Assembly: GCA_048939995.1 (NCBI GenBank)
Contig: JBHLOY010000010.1
Coordinates: 32,001 to 96,000 of the forward strand
Source of the DNA: Promethearchaeota archaeon
Lineage (GTDB): Archaea; Asgardarchaeota; Lokiarchaeia; Sigyniarchaeales; SOKP01
DNA length: 64,000 nucleotides
Direction: 5' to 3'
The notes beneath the pieces are model-generated. The model did no database searches. It was given only the letters and a program-made list of their open reading frames with translations, and was not told the DNA's origin. Positions 19,237-28,834 of this stretch are shown here, in pieces; the stretch's first letter is position 1; the number at the start of each line of letters is the position of its first letter. Made by a program: the position numbers and the translations under genes.

Positions 19237-19779
19237 ATGTATAATTCAAAACGAAGAATTTATAAGGTTTGTATAGTTGGAGATGCCGCAGTAGGCAAGA
19301 CTACAATTCTTTATCAATATGTAGATGGTAAGTTTGTTGAAAATACTCAGTTAACTATTGGTATAAATTTTTTTACAAAAAATATATATTTAGAAGAACT
19401 TGATGTAAAAACAGTCCTTCAAATATGGGATTTAGGAGGACAGGAACACTTTAATACTGTTCGACCAAATTTTTATCGAGGAGCAACTGGTTTAATTTAT
19501 ACTTATGATTTAACGAGGAAAATCACGCTTAACAATTTAATTAAATGGAAAGAGGAAATTGGAAAAGTTATAGACTTAAAAATTCCAACTATTCTGATTG
19601 GAAATAAATTAGATTTGATTGATCCGGAAAACCAACAGACATTTATAGGCGCTATACAAAATTTAAAGAATGATTTAGGCTTTTCAGATTATTTTGAAAC
19701 TAGTGCAAAAGATAATGTTGGTATTGATGAGGCATTTCATAAAATTACGAAAGATATATATAAATTTCTACTTAAATAA
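19237..19779 (+). CDS. Rab-like small GTPase (tandem paralogue)
   Basis: GDAAVGKT, WDLGGQEHF, GNKLD, ETSAK; same length and similar sequence to 18517..19059. Confidence 0.95.
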   Translation: MYNSKRRIYKVCIVGDAAVGKTTILYQYVDGKFVENTQLTIGINFFTKNIYLEELDVKTVLQIWDLGGQEHFNTVRPNFYRGATGLIYTYDLTRKITLNNLIKWKEEIGKVIDLKIPTILIGNKLDLIDPENQQTFIGAIQNLKNDLGFSDYFETSAKDNVGIDEAFHKITKDIYKFLLK

Positions 19780-20091
19780 AAGTAAAAAACTTTTTTCTAG
19801 TTATTTCTATTGAAAAGATGTGAATAGCTGTCGTTTTGAGTAAAAATTAAACTTAAACTAGAAGTATTAAAACAAAGGTTAAAATGAAGGCCATGTAAGT
19901 GATTTTATGAGTTCTGGATAATTATTCAAAAAATTTTTATAATATATTTCGTTTAAATCTAATGAAAATATAAATAAAATCTTGTTAGATTTTTCAAATT
20001 ATTAACATTAAATTAAAGATAATTAATGAATCATATTAAATTAGAATTAAAATCAAATTATTTTTAATTAGAAAAATGGTGGTTTAGAATT

Positions 20092-20961
20092 TTGAATGAT
20101 AATGAGATACCTGATATTGATCTGAAAGAAACGATTCAAAACTCTCAACAAGAAATATTAGATGAGCGGATGGAAAATATTCGGAAGAATATGGAAAAAA
20201 TTAAACATAAAATTGTAATTATTTCTGGAAAAGGGGGCGTTGGAAAAACTACTGTAGCAGTTAATCTTGCAATGAGTTTAGCGAGTATAGGATTAAGAGT
20301 TGGATTACTAGATGTGGATATTACAGGACCTAATGTTAACAAAATGCTTGGAATTAAACCAGATGTGAGACCACGAGTAGATCCAGAAGCAAAAAAGTTC
20401 TATCCTGTGAATGGACCCTTAAATATTAAAGTAATGAGTATGGCATTTTTAACACAAGATAACGACACTCCTGTAATTTGGAGGGGTCCAATGAAAATGA
20501 GTGCTGTACGACAATTCCTTGGTGATGCTATTTGGGGAGAACTTGATTACTTAATATGCGATTTACCACCTGGTACAAGTGATGAAACTCTTGATATTTT
20601 ACAGCTTATTCCTGATGAAAATGTAATTATTGTTTCTACTCCTCAAGAGGTTGCTCTTATGGATGCAAGAAAGACCATAGCAATGTCACAAACGATGCAG
20701 AGAAAAGTCTTGGGAATCATTGAAAATATGTCTGGTTTTAAATGTCCTCACTGTAACAACTATATTGATCTTTATCCAGCTGGAGGGGCTGAAAAGGCCT
20801 CAAAGGATTTTGGCATCACACTCTTAGGAAAAATTCCATTTGAAGTGGAAATAGGTCAACAAGGGGATCAAGGTCTTCCATTTATACTAAAGAATCCAGA
20901 TAGCGAAAGTAATAGAGCCTTTAAATCAATAATTAAGAATATTAGGGAAAAGTTGGAATAA
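20092..20961 (+). CDS. mrp: Mrp/NBP35 (ApbC) Fe-S cluster carrier ATPase
   Basis: SGKGGVGKT, VIWRGPM, DLPPGTSD, STPQ, ENMSGFKCPHC. Confidence 0.95.
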   Translation: MNDNEIPDIDLKETIQNSQQEILDERMENIRKNMEKIKHKIVIISGKGGVGKTTVAVNLAMSLASIGLRVGLLDVDITGPNVNKMLGIKPDVRPRVDPEAKKFYPVNGPLNIKVMSMAFLTQDNDTPVIWRGPMKMSAVRQFLGDAIWGELDYLICDLPPGTSDETLDILQLIPDENVIIVSTPQEVALMDARKTIAMSQTMQRKVLGIIENMSGFKCPHCNNYIDLYPAGGAEKASKDFGITLLGKIPFEVEIGQQGDQGLPFILKNPDSESNRAFKSIIKNIREKLE

Positions 20962-21212
20962 AATTTCTTATTCTCTTTTATCAATACTTTTTATTTCTCT
21001 CCAAATCCCAATCTTACCTAGAAAGGGTTGGTTTTCTTTTAAAATTTAAAAATATTTAAATCAAAATATTCTCATATTATGAATTTTGATAAATATAAAA
21101 ACAATTTAAAAGGATAAGTGTTACTATGTTATTACATATTTTTAGAAATCATCTAATTACACGTTAAGGGGAATACGTTATTAATTTAGGGCCTGAATTA
21201 GGAATATCAAAA

Positions 21213-21680
21213 TTGCTAAAAGGAATTGTAATTTGTAAAGAAACTGGTGTATATTTGTTAGATTTGATTTTAGATTCAGAAATAAATCCTATCTTGTTAT
21301 CTTCTTTTGTGGGTGCTCTTTCTTTATTTGGGGAGGAGAACATGGGAAAAATTGAGGAGATAACAATTAAAGGGTTGGATATTCAAATGATTATTGTATG
21401 TAAACATAAACTTATATTAATTGCGATAATGGATAAAGACTTTTTGAAACAAGACATCAGAGAAGAGGCTGAAAAAGCTCTTGATATGTTTTATACCCTC
21501 TACAAGAATGAGATTGATGAGTGTGTTGATGTTTTTATATTTGACTCATTCAAGAAAATCTTACTCAAACAAATAGAAGATTTCTTTAATAAGATAACTG
21601 ACAAAGAAAAAGAAGTAAATATTGGAAATTTTGGATTTTTTACAGAGGCTATTGCTAAGATGAGAAATCATCATGATTAG
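21213..21680 (+). CDS. Longin-like domain protein (Asgard type)
   Basis: GIVICKETGVYL...NPILLSSFVGALSLFGEE...F...Y pattern typical of longin folds. Confidence 0.55.
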   Translation: MLKGIVICKETGVYLLDLILDSEINPILLSSFVGALSLFGEENMGKIEEITIKGLDIQMIIVCKHKLILIAIMDKDFLKQDIREEAEKALDMFYTLYKNEIDECVDVFIFDSFKKILLKQIEDFFNKITDKEKEVNIGNFGFFTEAIAKMRNHHD

Positions 21681-21736
21681 CGGCTCAACTATAAAACTAT
21701 CCTAAAAAAAATTAGGGAGTTAAGAAAAGGCTTCCT

Positions 21737-22222
21737 CTACTCTTTTTTTGCGAGACTCCCAAAAACTATCAAAGCAGCTCCAATAAATGGACCAATCACA
21801 CCAAAAAAAGGTTTATATCCACCTCCAGTAAAACTCCAGTGATTATATCCATATAGATTATAAAATACTTCCATCATGATAATCCAAGCAAGAGTAGACA
21901 CAATCACCAACCCTGCTAATATAATCAATTTCCATCTGAGTTTCTTTAAATTCAGTGAAACTCTAAGATATGTAGTGGTAAGAATAATTACTATAAGACC
22001 ACTTGAGAATATAATCAGGGCAAGAATCGTAGAAATTGCAACAAGTAATAAATCTGTTCTTAAAAGATATATAGCAAGGGGGTCAATGTCTACACCTATT
22101 TGAGTCATCCAAACATAGTAAAGAGGAGGACCATCATTATAACTAGTTGGAGTTAAAATTGAGATTAATACAATTAAACCTCCAATAATATTAAGAATCC
22201 AAAGATTTTTTCTAATTTTCAT
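21737..22222 (-). CDS. Four-TM membrane protein
   Basis: Four hydrophobic segments; GVIGPFIG near the C-terminus. Confidence 0.75.
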   Translation of the reverse strand: MKIRKNLWILNIIGGLIVLISILTPTSYNDGPPLYYVWMTQIGVDIDPLAIYLLRTDLLLVAISTILALIIFSSGLIVIILTTTYLRVSLNLKKLRWKLIILAGLVIVSTLAWIIMMEVFYNLYGYNHWSFTGGGYKPFFGVIGPFIGAALIVFGSLAKKE

Positions 22223-22315
22223 CAGAAATCTATTTTTTAAATATTTTGTTATTTAATTAGATGTGTAATCTTATATGTTTTTTTTAAACAACAAATAAAA
22301 TAAAAAAATAAAATT

Positions 22316-23695
22316 TTATAATTCTGCAATTGCTTTTTGTCTTGCTAATTTTTCTTCTTCGGTGAGCTCAATTTCCCCTCTTCTAACAAAAAACATTAGA
22401 ATAAATGCAATTATTAGAAATATTGCTCCATCCAGAAGAAGACTTTCCTTTCCGAAAAGATCTCTCAGAATTCCAAGTAGAGCAGGTCCAAATATAGCTG
22501 CCAAGACACTGAAGAAATAATATAATCCTGTATAAGTTCCTATCTTTCTAATACTAGGAGCCAGTTCCCACACGATAACAATAGAATTTATGTTGACGAA
22601 AGCCCATCCAATACCAAAGAACACCAAGATAATAATTGTTAACAGTTGTGTTCGGATTAAGAATCCGATAAGCAATGCTACAATCATAATTATTAATCCA
22701 ACTTTAATACAATTTCTCCTTCCTATCTTATTAGCTAGCAAAGATAAGGGGTAAGCTGCTATTATAAATGGAATCGCCACAAAATTGAATATAAAACTTG
22801 CCATTCCTCCACTAAACCCTAGAACACCATTCGGAAAGAGAATAGGATCATAAGGTCCCGCATAGATTGAAAATAAAGCTTCCATTCCTTGATATCCTAC
22901 AAACCAGAAAAAGATCGCAAGCAAGATCAAGAGTGTACTTTTATCTTTTTCCTTAAATATATCTTTAAAGCTAGCAATAAGAGTTATCTTTTCCTTTTTT
23001 TCTTTAACTCTTCCGCCTTCTTTTGTTTCTACTTCTAGTAGCATCTGATAACTATATGATTTTGTTTCTTTAATTGTGAAAAAGAGTATTATCATTGCTA
23101 CTAACATTATCACTGAAGCAATAATAAAAGGTAAATATGTATTAATATCGATTAACAAACCAAGAGTAAACGCTATAACGGCTCCAATTCCCCCCATTAT
23201 GTTAATAATTGCATTCCCCTTACTTCTGTTTACTGGTTTAACAAAATCTGGCATCAATGCCACAGCTTGTGATCGATAAAATCCCATACTAATACCAAAA
23301 AAAAATATCCAGAGCAATAATATCCATAGCTGACCAAAACCACCTCCACCGGTAAAGGTAGTTGGAAATCCTGTAGGAATCAATATGAAAAATATTACTG
23401 AAAGAATCACTCCTATGACAATATAAGGCATCCTTCTTCCATACCTTGTACGTGTATTGTCTGAAATATTCCCCATTATAGGCTGAATTATGACACCGAT
23501 TATATTATCCACAGCCATTATAATACCAACAGTAAATCCCGCTAATATAAAACCTGCAAAGTAATTATCCAACGCTCGATTGACTTGTGTATTATATAAA
23601 CTCCAGCTAAATGTTGTAAAAAATGCTAATCCAATAAGGAACGTTTGACCTGCTTTAAATTTATCTTCAGACTTTTCTTCCGCCATTTTTATCAC
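22316..23695 (-). CDS. MFS transporter (GPH/SLC45-like sugar transporter)
   Basis: QPIMGNISDNTRTRYGRRMPY motif; 12 TM segments. Confidence 0.92.
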   Translation of the reverse strand: MIKMAEEKSEDKFKAGQTFLIGLAFFTTFSWSLYNTQVNRALDNYFAGFILAGFTVGIIMAVDNIIGVIIQPIMGNISDNTRTRYGRRMPYIVIGVILSVIFFILIPTGFPTTFTGGGGFGQLWILLLWIFFFGISMGFYRSQAVALMPDFVKPVNRSKGNAIINIMGGIGAVIAFTLGLLIDINTYLPFIIASVIMLVAMIILFFTIKETKSYSYQMLLEVETKEGGRVKEKKEKITLIASFKDIFKEKDKSTLLILLAIFFWFVGYQGMEALFSIYAGPYDPILFPNGVLGFSGGMASFIFNFVAIPFIIAAYPLSLLANKIGRRNCIKVGLIIMIVALLIGFLIRTQLLTIIILVFFGIGWAFVNINSIVIVWELAPSIRKIGTYTGLYYFFSVLAAIFGPALLGILRDLFGKESLLLDGAIFLIIAFILMFFVRRGEIELTEEEKLARQKAIAEL

Positions 23696-23819
23696 GGTAA
23701 TAGTTTTTAGTTTAAAGTTATGATTTTAAAAGTAAATTAGTTTTTGTTGTTTATAAATTTATAATTTAAACAAGTTATCAGTTTTGAATAGATTCTAATA
23801 GAAGAAAGTAAAAAAGGAT

Positions 23820-23972
23820 TTATAATTCAATTTCGATTTTAATTTGTTTGATTTCTTCAGGGATTTTTTTAGCGGATTGCAAATACCCTAAAATTATGTT
23901 TACTAACATCTTTTCCATTAGTTCGTTTAATGGGATTTCTTTTTCATTTACTTCTAATTTAACACCTGTCAT
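23820..23972 (-). CDS. 50-aa protein resembling the C-terminal extension of some MobB proteins
   Basis: Manual translation: MTGVKLEVNEKEIPLNELMEKMLVNIILGYLQSAKKIPEEIKQIKIEIEL. Below the ORF-track length cutoff. Confidence 0.65.
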   Translation of the reverse strand: MTGVKLEVNEKEIPLNELMEKMLVNIILGYLQSAKKIPEEIKQIKIEIEL

Positions 23973-24044
23973 AATTCTAATTTATTTCACTCTATGTTTT
24001 AAAGTTTAAGTTTATTTTTTAAAAAAAGTCCCTAAATTTAAATC

Positions 24045-24431
24045 TCATTCATGGCTTAAGAACAAATTTTCTAAAGCTCTTATAACTTCAGGAGTAATGT
24101 GGTGTTCGATCTTACAGCATAGCTCTTTAACTATTATTTCATCCTTTACATTTAAGATCTTTTTGAAAAAATCTTTCAGTTTCATATTGTATCTCACAAT
24201 ATCTGTAGCAACTTGTTTGCCGCTAACGGTTAAACGGATTGACTTTCTTGGCTTCCATCTGATATAACCTTCACTTCTTAATCTATAAAGCATATTAGTA
24301 ACTGAAGGAGGCTTTACTTTCAAAAAAACAGCAATCTCTGAATTGCTAACCCACCCACCTTTATTTCTCTTTGAGATAAGATATATGGCTTTCAAATAAT
24401 CTTCATGACTATCTTGATAATCTTTAGACAT
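24045..24431 (-). CDS. DtxR/MntR-family metal-dependent transcriptional regulator
   Basis: EDYLKAIY, VKPPSVTNML, CKIEHHI. Confidence 0.92.
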   Translation of the reverse strand: MSKDYQDSHEDYLKAIYLISKRNKGGWVSNSEIAVFLKVKPPSVTNMLYRLRSEGYIRWKPRKSIRLTVSGKQVATDIVRYNMKLKDFFKKILNVKDEIIVKELCCKIEHHITPEVIRALENLFLSHE

Positions 24432-24485
24432 AGCTAATAATTAATTTTACTTTTAAAATCTAAAAAAAAGTGCGAATGATGATAA

Positions 24486-24845
24486 TTATTCGCTTGATTC
24501 TAATTCCTCAATTTTTTTTGATATATCCTCTAATGCTCTCTTAATTTCGCCCATTTCAGAGTCCAGATATTCTTTTTCTTGTTTTAACATGGTTAATTGA
24601 TCTTTTGAGTCGTATACTGGTTTATAAATTGGAGGAGGAACAACATAAGGAACATTTGGTGGATAGTACCATCTCCATCCTCTTCCTCGCCCTCTTCCCC
24701 ATCCCATACCGCGTCCCCATCCTCTCCCATAACCCATACCATATCCTTTAACATATCCAGGAGAATTATAACCAGCACAATACCCTAATAATCTCCCAGT
24801 CATTGGACCTTCTCCTCTCGGACCAGTTCTATCTCCACCAGGCAT
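24486..24845 (-). CDS. DUF5320-family protein
   Basis: MPGGDRTGPRGEGPMTGR..GYCAG, GRG repeats, C-terminal coiled coil. Confidence 0.92.
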   Translation of the reverse strand: MPGGDRTGPRGEGPMTGRLLGYCAGYNSPGYVKGYGMGYGRGWGRGMGWGRGRGRGWRWYYPPNVPYVVPPPIYKPVYDSKDQLTMLKQEKEYLDSEMGEIKRALEDISKKIEELESSE

Positions 24846-24880
24846 TTTTTATATCATCACCATCTTTTTAGTTATTATTT

Positions 24881-24953
24881 TGAATGAATATTCATATCTA
24901 GGTAACTATTAGAAAACAGCTTATTTAAATATTATGAATAAATATTCATAATA
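24881..24953. promoter_or_regulatory. Two TGAAT-N4-ATTCA operators in a divergent promoter; the second lies within a perfect 11-2-11 inverted repeat
   Basis: TGAATGAATATTCA (24881-24894); TATTATGAATA-AA-TATTCATAATA (24930-24953). Confidence 0.7.
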
Positions 24954-24972
24954 AAGGAGAACCTTTAACAGA

Positions 24973-25641
24973 ATGGAAATTAGAATTCTTTATGATAATA
25001 AGTGTTCTGAATCAGGATTTTTAACTGGTTTTGGATTTTCTGCTTTAATCTATAACTCTCTTACAAGAAACTACTTGCTTTTTGATACAGGAGGTAATGG
25101 TAAGATTCTCCTTCATAATATTAACCAATTCAACATCAAGCTATCTTTAATTAAGAAGGTCATAATATCTCATAATCATCATGATCATGCTGGAGGTTTA
25201 GTGGATATTTACAATTTGAATAAAAATGTTGAAGTATATGTACCTTTTAATGATCAAAAATCTTTTAAGAATGCTTTCCTGGGAATTAATATTCACGGTA
25301 TATTAGAGATGACAGAAATTGAAGATAATATTTTCTCTTCAAGCCAATTTTTAAGAAGCTCAATTTCAGAACAATGTACAATTTTAAGATTAAAAAGTAG
25401 TGAATTAGTTCTATTGGTTGGATGCGCTCATCCAGGATTAGAACAATTCATTTTAAAAGCGCGAGAATTAGGTTCAATAAGAGGAATAATTGGTGGTTTT
25501 CATGGGTTTCGAAACTTGGAATATTTAGAAGGCACCAAATTCATTGGAGCTTGTCATTGTACCCAGCATATAGAATTGATAAAAAGAAGATTTCCTGCCG
25601 CTTTTCATAAAATATGTGTGGGGAACACTTTAACATTTTAG
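24973..25641 (+). CDS. MBL-fold metallohydrolase (COG1237-like)
   Basis: LFDTG, ISHNHHDHAGG, GCAHPG, GGFH, CHCT. Confidence 0.9.
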   Translation: MEIRILYDNKCSESGFLTGFGFSALIYNSLTRNYLLFDTGGNGKILLHNINQFNIKLSLIKKVIISHNHHDHAGGLVDIYNLNKNVEVYVPFNDQKSFKNAFLGINIHGILEMTEIEDNIFSSSQFLRSSISEQCTILRLKSSELVLLVGCAHPGLEQFILKARELGSIRGIIGGFHGFRNLEYLEGTKFIGACHCTQHIELIKRRFPAAFHKICVGNTLTF

Positions 25642-25863
25642 ATTTTTTCTCATTTCACCATTAGATAACATGTTATCCGGATTAATTTCTCCACTTTCTT
25701 CCATTTGATATCTTAGACAATCTTTATTTCCAATCAGGTAATATTCTTCAACCCATTTTTTTTCAAGCATCCCCTCATTAATGAAATATTTAATTGGGCA
25801 ACAATTGTACCACTTACATCTTTTTTCAATTTTTAAATTTAGATTTTTGATTGACTTGTACAT
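25630..25863 (-). CDS. Small conserved Cys-containing hypothetical protein
   Basis: CKWYNCCP...W.E.Y...C.RYQMEE.G..PDNML pattern. Confidence 0.6.
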   Translation of the reverse strand: MYKSIKNLNLKIEKRCKWYNCCPIKYFINEGMLEKKWVEEYYLIGNKDCLRYQMEESGEINPDNMLSNGEMRKNLKC

Positions 25864-25883
25864 GAATAAAACGTTTGATTATT

Positions 25884-25998
25884 ACATCTTTAATAAGCAT
25901 TACATCTATCTAAATTTTCCTTGACAAATCTCCCTAAAGTCAATAAATCCTTGTATAAGTTTGTCAAATTTAACAGATGGATGAGGTCTATTTATTTT
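25884..25998 (-). pseudogene. Degenerate ~115-bp copy of the radical SAM gene segment at about 27720-27835
   Basis: Shares CCTAAAGTCAATAAATCCTTGTATAAGTT and AGATGGATGAGGTCTATTTATTTT with the intact gene. Confidence 0.85.
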
Positions 25999-26073
25999 AT
26001 GGGCCATCCAACCCATATCGCCTGTACTGGGATTAAATACATTTCAAGATAAAAAAAAAAGAAAAATTTAGAA

Positions 26074-26982
26074 TTAATTACAAGTACCAGGTACAAAGGG
26101 GATTGAAGGTTTATCTATATCGTTATTATCTGGATTAATTCCATCTCCTAATATGTGTGAATGGGACCCATGACGGATCCATATGTGCCCATTTGTCCAA
26201 TAGCTATAAAAATTAAATATCACTCTTATTCTTATCGATAAGATTCTTCTTGTAATAATTGCTGTTCCAGGTTCATAAGTGGTAACTCCAGATCCAAATT
26301 CACTAGCAACATCATTATGCACGTGTAAACGAACACTTGACTTGAATTCCTGTCTCCCATGATCATATATACTATTAAAATACCCCATATACCGATAAAT
26401 ATCATCAGCAATGGGAGGATTAACTTGAGGATAATCATTATGATATGCAGAGGCTGTATAAGAATATCCAAAGGTAAAACTGAACCCTTTAGCTTGCGCT
26501 CCAACTCCAACATTATAGGTCCAAGTCATTGGAGTGGTTGCTGCATAATCCATATCCCCATCCCAAGTTACTAAATTAATGGGAGGTGCATCCCAAAAAT
26601 GACTTATATATACATTTCCCGAGCACATGCTCATCCATTCTTGTTCGTAATACGCAGTTACATACATTTTTACTTCTATTTTAGTAGGGGTGGTATAAGT
26701 ATTTTGCCCATTAATGAATATTGCATATCTTTCATATCCACCAGGTCCAGGAGGATATCCTTCATTATTATATACCATATGTCCTTGAACATCCACAATC
26801 GATAAAAGACGATATTCACCAATTTTCCACCATAAAAAGTAAATTGGAATTCTTTGATCTGTGCTTTCTCGTGCATCTGGTGCAACTTCTGAAGCATAAC
26901 CAGTTACCACTGCTTGGGTTAAAAATATTACAAATAAAATAGCTATTAAATATTTGATTCTTTTTTGATTTTTGGTAGTCAA
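26074..26982 (-). CDS. Secreted beta-rich protein, possibly beta-pore-forming-toxin-like
   Basis: Signal peptide; amphipathic TWTYNVGVGAQAKGFSFTFGYSYTAS segment. Confidence 0.6.
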   Translation of the reverse strand: MTTKNQKRIKYLIAILFVIFLTQAVVTGYASEVAPDARESTDQRIPIYFLWWKIGEYRLLSIVDVQGHMVYNNEGYPPGPGGYERYAIFINGQNTYTTPTKIEVKMYVTAYYEQEWMSMCSGNVYISHFWDAPPINLVTWDGDMDYAATTPMTWTYNVGVGAQAKGFSFTFGYSYTASAYHNDYPQVNPPIADDIYRYMGYFNSIYDHGRQEFKSSVRLHVHNDVASEFGSGVTTYEPGTAIITRRILSIRIRVIFNFYSYWTNGHIWIRHGSHSHILGDGINPDNNDIDKPSIPFVPGTCN

Positions 26983-27316
26983 GATTTTTCACTTATTTGT
27001 ATAAATTGGATTTTCCAATTAAATTATAATTCAAGTAGCATATTTAAATATTTCCCATCTTGCTTGGAGAAAGTATCCCATCAATTACAAAGCTTAATTC
27101 AGTTTTAAGAAGAGAAACGAAAAGACATCCCAGATCGAAAGGGAAGAGTCTAAGAAAGAAGCAACTTAGAAAGCAAATTAAATTATTGCTTAAAAACTAA
27201 AAGCGATTAAGAATCATTATAAAGAACAAGTTTTGATATCAGAATGGTTATTAGAAACAGTAGAATAACAAATTCAGGAAATATTCATATCTATCTTCTA
27301 AGTATCTATAGATCAA

Positions 27317-28264
27317 TTACTTAGTTGGACGAGAATAAAAAGTATGATCATTATAGACAGTTTTTCTAATTTTATCTACGGACGCTAGTTTTTCTAACTG
27401 GAATAAGATATTAAGTTTAGTGAATCGTTCATTTGAAAAGGTTTGAAGAATTTGCTCTTGCGTCATTGGATGTCTTTCAATTATAGCTAATAATTCTTTT
27501 TCAAAATTTTTGGAATAAATTCTAAATTTTCCATTTTCAGGATAAAAAACATTATTGTAATCTACAAAAATCTCGTTTAACAAGGAGATAATATTTTCAT
27601 CTGGAATTTTAACCCATTCTTCAACAGGAGGTCTAATAGGAACATTGAAGTCGATACGATCTGGCTTGATCAAATCCATTTTTTCTTTAATTTTAATCAA
27701 TTCTTCTTTGGAATCATTTACATCTTTAATAAGCATTACTTCTATCCAAAACTTTCCTTTATAGATTTTCCTAAAGTCAATAAATCCTTGTATAAGTTCC
27801 TTAAATTTTATAGATGGATGAGGTCTATTTATTTTAATAAAAGACTTTTCATCTCCTGCATCCAAACTTGGCAAAACAACGTCAGCGCAAATCAATATCA
27901 CTTGAATTTTCTCATCATATAGTAAACCTCCATTTGTAATTACACAAATAGGTTTTTCAGCTAATTCTTTAGCCAATAGGATTAATTTTTTTAGATCTTT
28001 ATATAAAGTAGGTTCTCCGCTTCCTACAAAAGTGATATAATCAAAATTACCTTCATTCTTTTTAATAGCCTTTTTTAATTCACCAATTATAGCTTTTACC
28101 GGGAAAAAATTTTTCCTTTCATTAGTGAAATTTGTTGTTTTTCCTAGTTGACAATATATACATTTATAATTACATGTCTTTAAAGGGATTGGATCAATTC
28201 CAAGTGATCTCCCTAATCTTCTACTAGGTACAGGGCCATATACATACTTCATTAATAAAATCAA
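27317..28264 (-). CDS. Radical SAM protein (COG0731-like)
   Basis: YGPVPSRRLGRSLG, CNYKCIYC, GSGEPTL. Confidence 0.92.
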   Translation of the reverse strand: MILLMKYVYGPVPSRRLGRSLGIDPIPLKTCNYKCIYCQLGKTTNFTNERKNFFPVKAIIGELKKAIKKNEGNFDYITFVGSGEPTLYKDLKKLILLAKELAEKPICVITNGGLLYDEKIQVILICADVVLPSLDAGDEKSFIKINRPHPSIKFKELIQGFIDFRKIYKGKFWIEVMLIKDVNDSKEELIKIKEKMDLIKPDRIDFNVPIRPPVEEWVKIPDENIISLLNEIFVDYNNVFYPENGKFRIYSKNFEKELLAIIERHPMTQEQILQTFSNERFTKLNILFQLEKLASVDKIRKTVYNDHTFYSRPTK

Positions 28265-28265
28265 G

Positions 28266-28706
28266 CTATAAATTATATGCTTTATATTTGCCTATAGCAC
28301 GTTTTAAGGTCCTTGCAGCTAATTCTGCACAGTGTTTGTGATCCTCTGGTAAACCTTTCAGAGCGTTATCTATATCTTCTGGTTTCAAGTTTTCAGCAAA
28401 TTCTATACTTTTACCTTCGATCAACATCATAGCCTGGCTCCCAGCAGCTACTGAAGCGCCACATCCATCTGTTATAAAATTAGCTTTCTCAATTATATTA
28501 TTATTTATTTTTAAGAAAAAATACATAGTATCCCCACATGGTCCCTCATAAATTTGCGAAACTGTGATTTCTTCATCAGGAGGTTTGCCCCAATTTTTCG
28601 GATTATGAAATAATTCGACAATATATTCATTATAATCCTCTGATTCTTGCTCTATTATCTCTTTCTGGAGACCTTCAACATATTTATCAAAATCGTCTTT
28701 GGCCAT
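28266..28706 (-). CDS. IscU/NifU-like Fe-S scaffold
   Basis: GPCGD, DGCG, HKHCAELA. Confidence 0.92.
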   Translation of the reverse strand: MAKDDFDKYVEGLQKEIIEQESEDYNEYIVELFHNPKNWGKPPDEEITVSQIYEGPCGDTMYFFLKINNNIIEKANFITDGCGASVAAGSQAMMLIEGKSIEFAENLKPEDIDNALKGLPEDHKHCAELAARTLKRAIGKYKAYNL

Positions 28707-28727
28707 ATTTTTTTCTTAATATATATT

Positions 28728-28741
28728 TGAATGATTATTCA
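28728..28741. promoter_or_regulatory. Putative operator TGAAT-N4-ATTCA upstream of the IscU-like gene
   Basis: TGAATGATTATTCA, 21 nt upstream of the start codon. Confidence 0.6.
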
Positions 28742-28834
28742 TTAAGTGAAAATTAATGTTATAAAATAAATTTTTTTTTTAATGAAAATTATTCTTGAAC
28801 GCTAACAAATGGTTTTTAAAAAGAGGATTAGAGA

